The notes under the pieces are model-generated. The model did not search any database and was not told the origin of the DNA. It worked only from the letters and a program-made list of their open reading frames with translations. 64,000 nt of DNA, taken from assembly GCA_902604525.1 (NCBI GenBank), contig CACKYY010000001.1, positions 29,787-93,786 of the forward strand. The letters run 5' to 3'. Each line of letters opens with the position of its first letter. The stretch's first letter is position 1. The position numbers were made by a program, and so were the translations under genes. Below, one piece after another: positions 52,448 to 61,719 of this stretch. The DNA comes from an uncultured Pelagibacteraceae bacterium. GTDB taxonomy: Bacteria > Pseudomonadota > Alphaproteobacteria > Pelagibacterales > Pelagibacteraceae.

Positions 52448-53510
52448 ATTTTTTAAATCTTAAAAATTTTATTCTAAAAAAAAGTAAGAAATCAGATGCA
52501 AGGAGAAAAAACAGAATCATTCCTTGAAATACTTGTCCTGTATACTTTGGTACTTGTAAAAATATTTGTGCAGTTTCAGCACCTAAGTAAGTTAGTGCTA
52601 CAATTAAAGATGCAAATACAATACCGATTGGATTAAGACGACCTAAAAAAGCAACAATTATTGCTGTAAATCCATATTCAGGTGAAATCATTCTATGTAG
52701 CTGTCCAATAGGACCGGTGATTTCGCCAACTCCTGCAAGACCAGCACATGCACCGCTAACCATAAATACTAGTAGTATCATTGTTTTACCCTTAAAACCT
52801 GCATACTTGGCAGTCTTTAAACTTAATCCCGAAACTTTAATTTGAAAACCCAAATAGGTTTTAAATAAAACAACCCAAGCTAAAAAAACACTGACGAGAG
52901 CAATAAAAATTCCAGCATGAATTCGAAGACCCTCAAATAAAATAGGCAATCTAGCAGTGTCACTAAATTGTCTTGTCTCAGGAAAGTTAAAACCCTCTGG
53001 GTTACTCCAAGGACCAACGACAAGATAATCTAATAATAGTTTAGATACATAAACAAGCATTAAGCTAACCAATATTTCATTAGTATTAAAATAAATTTTT
53101 AAAATTGCAGGTATCATCGCAAATATCATTCCACCAATTGCACCAGCCAAGATTATTAAAGGTAAAACATAAAAACCCTCATGATTATAAAATAACAATG
53201 CAACACCCCCACCAACTATTCCCCCAAATGTTAATTGTCCTTCTGCTCCAATATTCCAGTTATTACTTTTGAAACAAAAAGATAGACCGATAGCTATCAG
53301 ACAAAGTGGGGTTGCTTTTACAAGAAGCTCACTTAGACCATATAAATCTGAAATAGGTGTAATAAAAAAAAATTTTAGAGCTTCTAAAGGTTTGAAACCA
53401 AGTAGATAAAATATAATTGCTCCTGCTACTAAGGTCAAAAAAATTGCAAGTACAGGGGTTAAAAAATAAATTAAATTTGAAGTTTCATCACGTCTTTCAA
53501 TTTTAATCAA
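52437..53510 (-). CDS. Nucleoside/sugar ABC permease (NupB-like)
   Basis: WNIGAEGQ, NEILVSLML, GFTAIIVAFLGRLNP. Confidence 0.88.
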   Translation of the reverse strand: MIKIERRDETSNLIYFLTPVLAIFLTLVAGAIIFYLLGFKPLEALKFFFITPISDLYGLSELLVKATPLCLIAIGLSFCFKSNNWNIGAEGQLTFGGIVGGGVALLFYNHEGFYVLPLIILAGAIGGMIFAMIPAILKIYFNTNEILVSLMLVYVSKLLLDYLVVGPWSNPEGFNFPETRQFSDTARLPILFEGLRIHAGIFIALVSVFLAWVVLFKTYLGFQIKVSGLSLKTAKYAGFKGKTMILLVFMVSGACAGLAGVGEITGPIGQLHRMISPEYGFTAIIVAFLGRLNPIGIVFASLIVALTYLGAETAQIFLQVPKYTGQVFQGMILFFLLASDFLLFFRIKFLRFKKYEY

Positions 53511-55002
53511 CTAACCCTCCACCCATTAAAAGTCCTAACTTTTCAGGATTAACCTCCTCAGCACTCATTATTTTTGAGAGCTTTCCTTTATTAATTACAG
53601 AAATTCTATCACTAAGTTGTAGAAGCTCATCATTATCTGTTGAAATAAGGATTATAGATTTTCCTTGCTCATTTATTTTTACAAGTGTTTGATGAATATA
53701 ATTTATTGCTCCAACATCTAGACCCCAGGTTGGATTGAAACATATTAATAACTCTGGTGATGTAATTAATTCTCTACCTAAAATTAATTTTTGAAGGTTT
53801 CCACCAGATAAAAATTGACTTTTAAGGTTAACATTATCTGTATTTACTGAAAAATTTGATAGAATTTTTTTTGAGTGATCTTTAATTTTTCTCTCATTAA
53901 AAAGACCTTTTTCAAAAAAATTAGAGGTTTTAAAATTATTGAGTGCTACGTTTTCGTAAATTTTTAATGAGGGAACAGCTGCTTGAGATATACGATCCTC
54001 AGGTGAAAAGGCCATTAAATATTCCCTTCTTTCCTTAGGGTTTAATTTGCTAATTTCTTTACTTCTAAACTTAATAGAACCATTATTTGATAGAGTCTCA
54101 CCACTTAAAATTTGAAATAATTCATTTTGGCCGTTTCCCGATATGCCTGCTATCCCAAGGCATTCACCTTTATTAAGAGTAAAATTTATATCGACTAAAT
54201 TTACTTCGTAAGGATCCTCACTATTAAAATTTAGCCTAGAAACGCTCAAAATTTGTTCTCCACTTAAATTATGTGAAGTCATTTTTTTTATCTTGTTTAA
54301 ACTTTCTCCAATCATTTTATTTGCTAGACTTGATAGTTCTTCATCAACTGTTCTACTGATAGATACAACTTTACCTTTTCTCATTACAGCAACCTCATCA
54401 CATAATGACAAAACTTCTTTTAACTTGTGAGTAATATAAATAATTAAAATTCCCTCTCTAGAAAATTTTTTTAAAGACAAAAATAGATCTTCTGTTTCTT
54501 GCTCTGTTAAAACAGAGGTAGGCTCATCCATTATTAAAACTTTTGGATTTCTTATCAGACATCTTACAATTTCAACCTTCTGTTTTTGACCCGCGGAAAG
54601 ATTTAAAATTGGAACATCTAAGTCAATTTTGAAATTATATTTTTTTAAAATATTATTAACTAGAATTCTTAATTGATAATTATTTTTTTCACTATCGATG
54701 CTTAAATTTTCAAAAACTGAAAGTGTTTCAAAAAGATTAAAATGTTGAAAAACCATTCCTATATTATTATTTTTGGCATCTTTGGGTGAAGTAAGTTTAA
54801 GGAGTTTATCATTTAGGAAAATTTGACCTTTATCAGGATTAATTACGCCTGATAATATTTTTACCAAAGTAGACTTTCCTGCACCATTCTCTCCTAACAA
54901 TGCGTAAATTTTTCCACTTTCAAAATTTAAAGATACATTATCGTTTGCTATACAACCTGGGTAAATTTTTGAGATTTTAGATACCTTAAGTTTTGTATTC
55001 AT
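53503..55002 (-). CDS. CUT2-type tandem ABC ATPase (NupA-like)
   Basis: ANDNV, GENGAGKST, GMVFQHF, DEPT; degenerate second domain GISGNGQ with LSGGNLQK. Confidence 0.9.
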   Translation of the reverse strand: MNTKLKVSKISKIYPGCIANDNVSLNFESGKIYALLGENGAGKSTLVKILSGVINPDKGQIFLNDKLLKLTSPKDAKNNNIGMVFQHFNLFETLSVFENLSIDSEKNNYQLRILVNNILKKYNFKIDLDVPILNLSAGQKQKVEIVRCLIRNPKVLIMDEPTSVLTEQETEDLFLSLKKFSREGILIIYITHKLKEVLSLCDEVAVMRKGKVVSISRTVDEELSSLANKMIGESLNKIKKMTSHNLSGEQILSVSRLNFNSEDPYEVNLVDINFTLNKGECLGIAGISGNGQNELFQILSGETLSNNGSIKFRSKEISKLNPKERREYLMAFSPEDRISQAAVPSLKIYENVALNNFKTSNFFEKGLFNERKIKDHSKKILSNFSVNTDNVNLKSQFLSGGNLQKLILGRELITSPELLICFNPTWGLDVGAINYIHQTLVKINEQGKSIILISTDNDELLQLSDRISVINKGKLSKIMSAEEVNPEKLGLLMGGGLVD

Positions 55003-55138
55003 TTGATAAATTAAAATTAATTAGAATTAATAATTAGTACAATTAAATACATTAAAAAAAGTAATTTTTTCATATAAAATGAATAGTTTTCAACTTGAAG
55101 GCTAATCTTTTGACACAATTGAGTGTTAATTCAATCTC

Positions 55139-55441
55139 ATGAGAATTAAAATAATTTTAGTAATTTTATCAACTTTTTTTCTTTTATCTGGATGTCAAAC
55201 AGTGAAGCAAAAAACTGATGCTATTGTAGAAAAAGAAAACGAAAAATTAAGTGAATTTATTGGAAAGTCTGCAAGCAAGCTTCAAATGGAATTAGGAAAA
55301 CCTGATGAAGATTTTACGAATGCCGAGGGTAATTTTGAGTTTGTGTATAACACAAAAAAATACTTAATACCTTGTGAACGAAGATTTGAAATTAATTCAG
55401 ATAATATTGTTGTTGGTTTTGTATCTAATGGATGCTTTTAA
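55139..55441 (+). CDS. Small lipoprotein of unknown function
   Basis: Lipobox LLSGC; LGKPD motif; two further Cys. Confidence 0.7.
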   Translation: MRIKIILVILSTFFLLSGCQTVKQKTDAIVEKENEKLSEFIGKSASKLQMELGKPDEDFTNAEGNFEFVYNTKKYLIPCERRFEINSDNIVVGFVSNGCF

Positions 55442-55443
55442 AT

Positions 55444-55474
55444 CAAACCTGCGAGGATAAAGATCCCCGCAAGT
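55444..55474 (-). terminator. Intrinsic terminator after ibpA
   Basis: Minus strand ACTTGCGGGGAT-CTTT-ATCCTCGCAGGT, a 12-bp stem including G-U pairs, followed by TTGATT. Confidence 0.7.
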
Positions 55475-55484
55475 AAGGTTAAAC

Positions 55485-55931
55485 TTATTTAATTTCTATA
55501 AGTTTTTTCTTTTTATGTTCTGGAACAATTCTTTCACAAGATATTGTCAAAAGACCGTCCTTAAGCTCAGCACCATTTACTTTAACATCGTCAGCAATAG
55601 TGAATGATCTTGCAAATTGTCTTTGGGAAATACCTTTGTGGATGATTTCTTCATCAATGTCACCGTTTTCTGATTTATTAACTTGTTTTGTTCTAACTGT
55701 TAATAAATTATCCTCAAACTCAACCTCAACATCTTTCTTGTTAAAACCAGCTAATGCAACTTCAATCGCATAGTTGTCTTTACCAGTTTTTCTAATGTTG
55801 TAAGGTGGGTAGTTAGACTGCATTGTCAAATTTCCATTCCCCAACATATTCTCAAATTGATCAAACATATCGTCAAAACCAATTGAAAACGGTCTTAATG
55901 AGTTAAATATAGATAGATCCTTACTTGTCAT
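55485..55931 (-). CDS. ibpA: Small heat shock protein (Hsp20/IbpA)
   Basis: IGFDDMF, NYPPYNI, ALAGF, HKGISQRQFARSF, AELKDGLLTI. Confidence 0.95.
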   Translation of the reverse strand: MTSKDLSIFNSLRPFSIGFDDMFDQFENMLGNGNLTMQSNYPPYNIRKTGKDNYAIEVALAGFNKKDVEVEFEDNLLTVRTKQVNKSENGDIDEEIIHKGISQRQFARSFTIADDVKVNGAELKDGLLTISCERIVPEHKKKKLIEIK

Positions 55932-55989
55932 AATATCCTCCTTTGTTAAGCAAGTTTATATTTAGTAAGCCCCATTAGGCAGCCTACGT
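55932..55989 (-). promoter_or_regulatory. ROSE-like RNA thermometer in the ibpA 5' UTR
   Basis: Upstream hairpin GUAGGCU.../...GGCUUAC, then CUUGCUU-AACA-AAGGAG, in which the UUGCU motif pairs with the SD leaving a bulged G. Confidence 0.7.
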
Positions 55990-55994
55990 TTATT

Positions 55995-56022
55995 ATTTAG
56001 TAATTACTTTTGATATTTCAAG
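55995..56022 (-). promoter_or_regulatory. Putative RpoH (sigma32) promoter of ibpA
   Basis: CTTGAA...ACTAAAT, resembling the alphaproteobacterial CTTG-N17-CYTATNT pattern. Confidence 0.55.
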
Positions 56023-56031
56023 ATTAAAAAA

Positions 56032-58107
56032 TCAAATTTTTTTTGTAATTTTTAATGCAAACGCATAGTCGATAGCAATTTCTTCAATTGCACCATCTCT
56101 ACCAGATTTGCCACCATGACCTGCGTTCATTTCAGTTTTTAATAAAAGTAAATTATTATCGGTTTTATACTCTCTTAATTTTGCAGTAAATTTTGCAGGC
56201 TCATCAAACAGAACCCGGTTATCGCTAAGGCTAGTCGTTATTAAAATATGTGGATAATCTATTTTTTTTATATTGTTGTAGGGTGCATATGAAAAAATAT
56301 AGTCAAAGTGTTCTTTATTATCTTTAGCGTTTCCAAATTCATCAAACTCTCCAACTGTTAAAGGTAAAGAATGATCTAGATTTGTTGTTAATGAGTCAAC
56401 AAAAGGTACAGCCATTATAATGCCTAAAAATAATTCTGGAGACTGATTTACAACTGCGCCCATGAGTAATCCACCTGCCGATCCACCCATGCCAATGATT
56501 TTACCTTTAGAAGTATAATTATTCTCTATTAAATACTTGCCTGCATGAATATAATCTTCAAAAGTATTTTTTTTGTTCGTTAGTTTTCCTTCTTTCCACC
56601 ACTTCATTCCTTTTTCCATGCCACCTCTTATATGGGCAGTTGCCCAAATGATATCTCTATCTATTAAACTTAATCTCGTTGATGAAAAACTTGGGCTCAT
56701 GGAGTTTCCATAAGACCCATAACCATAAAGGAGTAAATTAGCAGACCCATCAGTTTTTGTTTTTTTATGACGTGTAATTGTTAATGGAACTAATCTTCCA
56801 TCATGTGATTTGAACTCCACTCTTTCCACAATATAATTTTCTGGATCATGTCCTGATGGGATCTCTTGCTCTTTTACAAGAATTTTGGATTTATTTGATA
56901 AATTATACTTATAAACTCTCGAAGGTGTTTTAGGTGAAGAATATCCAAGATAAACTTCATCTGTATCTCTATCTCTTTGAACAAGTGATACTCCAGGAAC
57001 ATATATAGTTTCATCAGAAAATTTTAACTCTCGTTCAATATTTGTAGATATATTTCTAATAAATAATTTATCTAAAGCATTAGATGTTTCAGATCTAATA
57101 ATCCAATTCTTTAGAAAAGTTAGACCTCCTATTAAAACCTCTTTCTTAGGTAAAATAAAAGGTTTCCATTCTTGTTTTTTTAAACTATCAGTTATGTCAA
57201 TTTTAAAATCTTCTGCATTTTTATTTGTATGATTATAAAATTTACCATCCCACGAGCTTGTTGAATATAAAACACCTCTTTCTCTTTTCATAATAAGTTT
57301 TGGAATAGGGTCCAACTCATCTACATTAAAATAATATTGTTCTGAGGTGTTATGATCAGATGTATTTATAAAATAATACTTTTCGTCTGAACTTAATCCA
57401 ATACTAACTGTAAAAGCTTCACTTTTTTCCTCAAAAATTAGCCTATCTTCATCATTGTAATTTCCGATCTCGTGTCTATAAATCTTTCTTGCTCTGTGGT
57501 TTTCATCTAACTTGGAGTAAAAAATATATTTGTCATCTTGACTAAAAGTAATACCTCCAGAAGTTTCTGTAATTTCTTTAGAAATAATTTTATTTTTTTT
57601 TATATCTCTAATATGAATTGTGTAATATTCGGAACCCTTAAGGTCCAATGAATACCCAAGGTATTGATCGTTATTACTTACCTCTAAATCACCAACACCA
57701 AAATACTCAGTTTTAAGTTGTTCTTTTTCCTTATCGCCATTCCAAATTTCCTCAACTTTACTTGTTCCAATTTTTTTTCTAAGCTTTATAGAATAATTTC
57801 CTTTTGCTGTTGTTTTTGTCCAATATTCATAAGTATGATCTTTGTAAGGCAAAGACTCATCATCTAATTTTATTCTTCCTTTGATTTCAGCAAATAATTT
57901 TTTCTGTAATTTTTTAGTATCTTTTAAATGATACTCTGCATAAGAATTTTCCTGATCTAAATATTTTTTTACTTCAGGGTCTAATTTAGATTTATCTTTT
58001 AAAACTTCTAAGATATTTTTCTGATGTATCCAGCTATAATTATCTTCCCACTCGACATTGTGACAAGATTTTATCTCTGGTTTTTTTTTTAGATATGGTA
58101 CTTTCAT
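56032..58107 (-). CDS. ptrB: Oligopeptidase B (S9A, protease II)
   Basis: YGYGSYG, HIRGG, nucleophile GGSAGG, DNRV, AGHGG. Confidence 0.93.
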   Translation of the reverse strand: MKVPYLKKKPEIKSCHNVEWEDNYSWIHQKNILEVLKDKSKLDPEVKKYLDQENSYAEYHLKDTKKLQKKLFAEIKGRIKLDDESLPYKDHTYEYWTKTTAKGNYSIKLRKKIGTSKVEEIWNGDKEKEQLKTEYFGVGDLEVSNNDQYLGYSLDLKGSEYYTIHIRDIKKNKIISKEITETSGGITFSQDDKYIFYSKLDENHRARKIYRHEIGNYNDEDRLIFEEKSEAFTVSIGLSSDEKYYFINTSDHNTSEQYYFNVDELDPIPKLIMKRERGVLYSTSSWDGKFYNHTNKNAEDFKIDITDSLKKQEWKPFILPKKEVLIGGLTFLKNWIIRSETSNALDKLFIRNISTNIERELKFSDETIYVPGVSLVQRDRDTDEVYLGYSSPKTPSRVYKYNLSNKSKILVKEQEIPSGHDPENYIVERVEFKSHDGRLVPLTITRHKKTKTDGSANLLLYGYGSYGNSMSPSFSSTRLSLIDRDIIWATAHIRGGMEKGMKWWKEGKLTNKKNTFEDYIHAGKYLIENNYTSKGKIIGMGGSAGGLLMGAVVNQSPELFLGIIMAVPFVDSLTTNLDHSLPLTVGEFDEFGNAKDNKEHFDYIFSYAPYNNIKKIDYPHILITTSLSDNRVLFDEPAKFTAKLREYKTDNNLLLLKTEMNAGHGGKSGRDGAIEEIAIDYAFALKITKKI

Positions 58108-58123
58108 TTGCTCTAGGAAATAT

Positions 58124-58627
58124 ATGAATATTATAATTTATACACTTTTAATTTTAATTATTTTATATTTTTTATTAAGATGGTTCTCTAACGCTGCTCT
58201 TAATAAGATGTCAAGAGGACTAAGATTACTATCAATTCTACTATTAGTGATTTTTGCAGTATTATTTGCTATTGGAGGAAAATTTTTACTAACATTACCC
58301 CTAACATTAGCAAGTCTAGCTCTTGTAAAGCTTAAAGGTTTGTCCTTAATTCAAATGCTTTCACTTTATAGACTTATTAAAACTTTAAGAAATTCTGGAA
58401 GATTTTCTTTTAACCAATCTATGAGCAATAATTCATCGACATTGTCTGTTTCAGAAGCATATAAAATCTTAAATTTAGATATTACAAAGAAACCTACCAA
58501 AGAAATTGTTAATAAAGCTTATTTAAAAATTCAAAAAAAAATTCATCCTGATGTCTCTCCAGAGACTGCAAGATTATCAACTATAGTAAATGAAGCTAAA
58601 GAAATTGTTCTTCAAGATATTTCTTAA
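58124..58627 (+). CDS. Membrane-anchored J-domain protein
   Basis: N-terminal TM helices; C-terminal EAYKILNL...IHPD...VNEAKE J-domain. Confidence 0.8.
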   Translation: MNIIIYTLLILIILYFLLRWFSNAALNKMSRGLRLLSILLLVIFAVLFAIGGKFLLTLPLTLASLALVKLKGLSLIQMLSLYRLIKTLRNSGRFSFNQSMSNNSSTLSVSEAYKILNLDITKKPTKEIVNKAYLKIQKKIHPDVSPETARLSTIVNEAKEIVLQDIS

Positions 58628-59565
58628 GGTAATATTGATATAAATTTACTGACTATTTTTTCTGAATTTATTTTATCTTTACCTAATGTATTATGAGAGA
58701 CCATTTGCTCACCGTCAGGTATAATTGGATACATGTTTGTTGAATAAGATCCATAAATTAAAGGAGAGTCAGCCATTAATGTAATAGTTTTAACACCAAG
58801 TGCTGATGATAAATGTGCAAAGCTAGTATCATTACAAATTGCTATATTACAATTTTTTATCAATGGTAAAGTTTCATTAATTGAATAGTTGTCTAATGCA
58901 ACACATTGGTCTTTGAATTCAGTATTTAAGATTTCATTTAAAATTTTCTGTTCACCCTCATCCTTACCAGTAGCTAAAAAAAATCTGCATTTTTTCATAT
59001 TTTTAATTTTTTTCATAAATTCTAAAAAGGTTTTTGCAGGAATTCTTTTTGTTGGTCCAGAGCCACCAATAGCAAGCAGGATATTAATTTCATCTGGTTT
59101 GATATTTAATTTTTCAGATGCTTCTCTAATTAAGTTTTTGTTTATTTGAATTTCAGGATTTTCATTAACATCAATACCCAAATTATCTTTGATTAATTTT
59201 CTTGCAGCACCAATGATATGCTGATTTTTTTTCTTAAAAAGGGGATATTGATAAATTTTTTTAATACCTGCTAATCTTGAAATTAAATTAAATCTTAATG
59301 AGGAATTAAAAATAAAAACTTTTTCAAAATTATATTTATTTAGTTGTCCTGCTAATTTGATGGAGCCTAATATTCCGTCATTTTTTTTTTGGTAAATTAT
59401 TTGATCGATATAGGTTGTTTGATTTAAAAATTCCTTTGCTTTTGAGCTTGTTTTTGTGAGCAAACTAACTGGAGATTTAAACTTTCTTGATATTTCCTTA
59501 ATAAATGGAAGATAAATTACCGTATCACCAATACCCATTTTATTTTGAATTGCTAATATTTTCAC
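58624..59565 (-). CDS. Glycosyltransferase family 9 (LPS heptosyltransferase-like)
   Basis: GTG start VKILAIQ, GIGDTV, TKRIP, CNDTSFAHLSSALG. Confidence 0.82.
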   Translation of the reverse strand: MKILAIQNKMGIGDTVIYLPFIKEISRKFKSPVSLLTKTSSKAKEFLNQTTYIDQIIYQKKNDGILGSIKLAGQLNKYNFEKVFIFNSSLRFNLISRLAGIKKIYQYPLFKKKNQHIIGAARKLIKDNLGIDVNENPEIQINKNLIREASEKLNIKPDEINILLAIGGSGPTKRIPAKTFLEFMKKIKNMKKCRFFLATGKDEGEQKILNEILNTEFKDQCVALDNYSINETLPLIKNCNIAICNDTSFAHLSSALGVKTITLMADSPLIYGSYSTNMYPIIPDGEQMVSHNTLGKDKINSEKIVSKFISILP

Positions 59566-59614
59566 AAGTAATTTATAAACTTTACTAATCAGTTTTTTTA
59601 TATAAATTTTCCAT

Positions 59615-60499
59615 ATGAGCAAAATTAGTGGGATATATGCCGCTTCTATGTCAATTTTAAATGATGATTTGACATTAAATATTAAAAAAACCATCAAACA
59701 TGCGGAAATGGTTTTAGATAATGGTTGTCATGGAGCTGCAATTTTTGGAAGCACCGGCCAGGCTCAGCTAATTCCTGTTTCAGAAAAAATAGGTCTTTTA
59801 AATCAATTAGCACAAAGCAAATATAAAGAGAAATATATTATTGGAACTGGATTAAATTCATTAGGAGAAACTATAAATTTAATGAGTGTTGCAAAATCTT
59901 TAAATTTTAAAAAATTTTTAATAATGCCTCCAGCTTATTACAAGTATGGTGATAAAGAGGTAATAGAATTCTACAGTAAAATAGCTGAATCAATTCCTGA
60001 CAGTAAAATAATTCTTTATAATTTTGAAAAATTATGTGGTTATAAATTTAGTATTAAGTGTGTTGAAAAGCTTGTATCAAAATATCCAAATAATATTGTT
60101 GGAGTTAAAGATAGCTCATATAATTTGTTTGAAAATTTGAAAATAGATAACTTTTCAGTTTTGCCAGGATCAGAGTCAAAATTACTAAAAGGGCTTCAAC
60201 TAGGGTGTTCAGGTATTATTACGGCAACTTGCAATGCAACATCAGAATTAGCAAGAAAAGTATACGATGATTTTCAAAATGGAAATGAGCAAAAAGCCAA
60301 TGAAAAATTATGTAATGTTAGAAGTGCTTTTGAAAAATATAATTTAATATCAGGACTTCATACATATTTTGGAAAAAATAATGCATCCTACAAAAATCTA
60401 TTACCTCCTTTAAGTATTTTAAATTCTGTTGAGGCAGAAGAATTAAATACTAATTTGGAAATGTTAAATTTTTCAACCGGGTCATCTCTGGCAGCTTAA
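59615..60499 (+). CDS. DapA/NanA-family class I aldolase
   Basis: FGSTGQ, PPAYY, ILYNF, Schiff-base Lys in GVKDSS. Confidence 0.85.
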   Translation: MSKISGIYAASMSILNDDLTLNIKKTIKHAEMVLDNGCHGAAIFGSTGQAQLIPVSEKIGLLNQLAQSKYKEKYIIGTGLNSLGETINLMSVAKSLNFKKFLIMPPAYYKYGDKEVIEFYSKIAESIPDSKIILYNFEKLCGYKFSIKCVEKLVSKYPNNIVGVKDSSYNLFENLKIDNFSVLPGSESKLLKGLQLGCSGIITATCNATSELARKVYDDFQNGNEQKANEKLCNVRSAFEKYNLISGLHTYFGKNNASYKNLLPPLSILNSVEAEELNTNLEMLNFSTGSSLAA

Positions 60500-60500
60500 T

Positions 60501-61691
60501 ATGCAACTTGCAAGATTTTTAAATAGTGTTTTTAAGAAAGATGGTTTTATATTAATTGATGCAAATTCGAAAAGTTATATCATTGGAAATCCAAAAAAAG
60601 AAAATCCTCTTAAACTAAAAATATTAAATAAAAAGCTGCATTATAAATTATTAGTTCATCCTGATCTTTATTTTGGTGAAGCATATACAGATGGAGAAGT
60701 TGTAATCGAAAATGGAAGTCTTACAGATTTTTTAGATCTTGCACTTATGAATTTTGGAAGAGGAGATCTTAATTTCTTTAGTTATTTAATGAATAGATTA
60801 AGAGGATCATACAGATATCTAACAAATTTTAATTTTATAAAGAAATCAAAAATGAATGTTTCACATCATTATGATATTTCAGATGATTTATATGATTTAT
60901 TTTTAGATCCAAAAAGACAATATTCATGTGCTTATTTTAAAAATGAAGATGATACATTAGAGGATGCTCAAAATAACAAAATAAAACATATCATCAAAAA
61001 ATTAAATATTAAGCCAAATCAAAAAGTTTTAGATATTGGTTGTGGTTGGGGATCATTAGCAATCGACATAGCTAAAAGTGGTAATTGTGAAGTGACTGGA
61101 ATAACATTATCTGAGAATCAATTTAATTATTGTAAAAAAAAAGCAAAAGAGCTTAATCTTGAAAATCAATTAAACTTCAAGCTAATGGATTACAGAGAGC
61201 TTAATGAAAAATTTGACAGAATAGTTAGCGTTGGAATGTTTGAACATGTAGGCAGAAAATTTTATCGTAAATTTTTCTATCAGGTTGAAAAAATGCTCAA
61301 AGATGATGGAATTTCACTAATACACACTATTGGATCAGTAAATCCACCCAGGGATCCTCATCCATGGATTACAAAATATATTTTTCCAGGTGGATATACT
61401 CCAAGTTTAAGTGAAGTTACTACACCAATTGAAAAGGCTGGATTGATTGTTGCGGATATTGAGGTTTTAAGACTTCATTACTCTCATACCCTGAGACATT
61501 GGAAAGAAAACTGTCTCAGAAATAAGAATAAAATAATTCAAATGTTTGATGAAAGATTTTTTAGGATGTGGGAATTCTATCTTGCAGGTTGTGAGATGGC
61601 ATTTAAATGGGGCGATCAAGTTGTTTATCAATTTCAACTGACAAAAAATTATAGCTCTACTCCAGTTACAAGAGACTATATTTATCAATAA
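60501..61691 (+). CDS. cfa: Cyclopropane-fatty-acyl-phospholipid synthase family methyltransferase
   Basis: HHYDIS, YSCAYF, VLDIGCGWG, SVGMFEHVG, KYIFPGG, RMWEFYL. Confidence 0.9.
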   Translation: MQLARFLNSVFKKDGFILIDANSKSYIIGNPKKENPLKLKILNKKLHYKLLVHPDLYFGEAYTDGEVVIENGSLTDFLDLALMNFGRGDLNFFSYLMNRLRGSYRYLTNFNFIKKSKMNVSHHYDISDDLYDLFLDPKRQYSCAYFKNEDDTLEDAQNNKIKHIIKKLNIKPNQKVLDIGCGWGSLAIDIAKSGNCEVTGITLSENQFNYCKKKAKELNLENQLNFKLMDYRELNEKFDRIVSVGMFEHVGRKFYRKFFYQVEKMLKDDGISLIHTIGSVNPPRDPHPWITKYIFPGGYTPSLSEVTTPIEKAGLIVADIEVLRLHYSHTLRHWKENCLRNKNKIIQMFDERFFRMWEFYLAGCEMAFKWGDQVVYQFQLTKNYSSTPVTRDYIYQ

Positions 61692-61719
61692 ATTATTGAT
61701 AGATATAAATCTTCTTGAA

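Noticed and set aside
55103-55129. CIRCE/HrcA operator near ibpA
   Set aside because: Only the right arm (GAGTGTTAA) resembles CIRCE, the 9-nt-spaced left arm is missing, and the site is downstream of ibpA rather than at its promoter
59566-59697. Long GT9 N-terminus overlapping the dapA-like gene
   Set aside because: The family-typical start is (M)KILAI at GTG 59565
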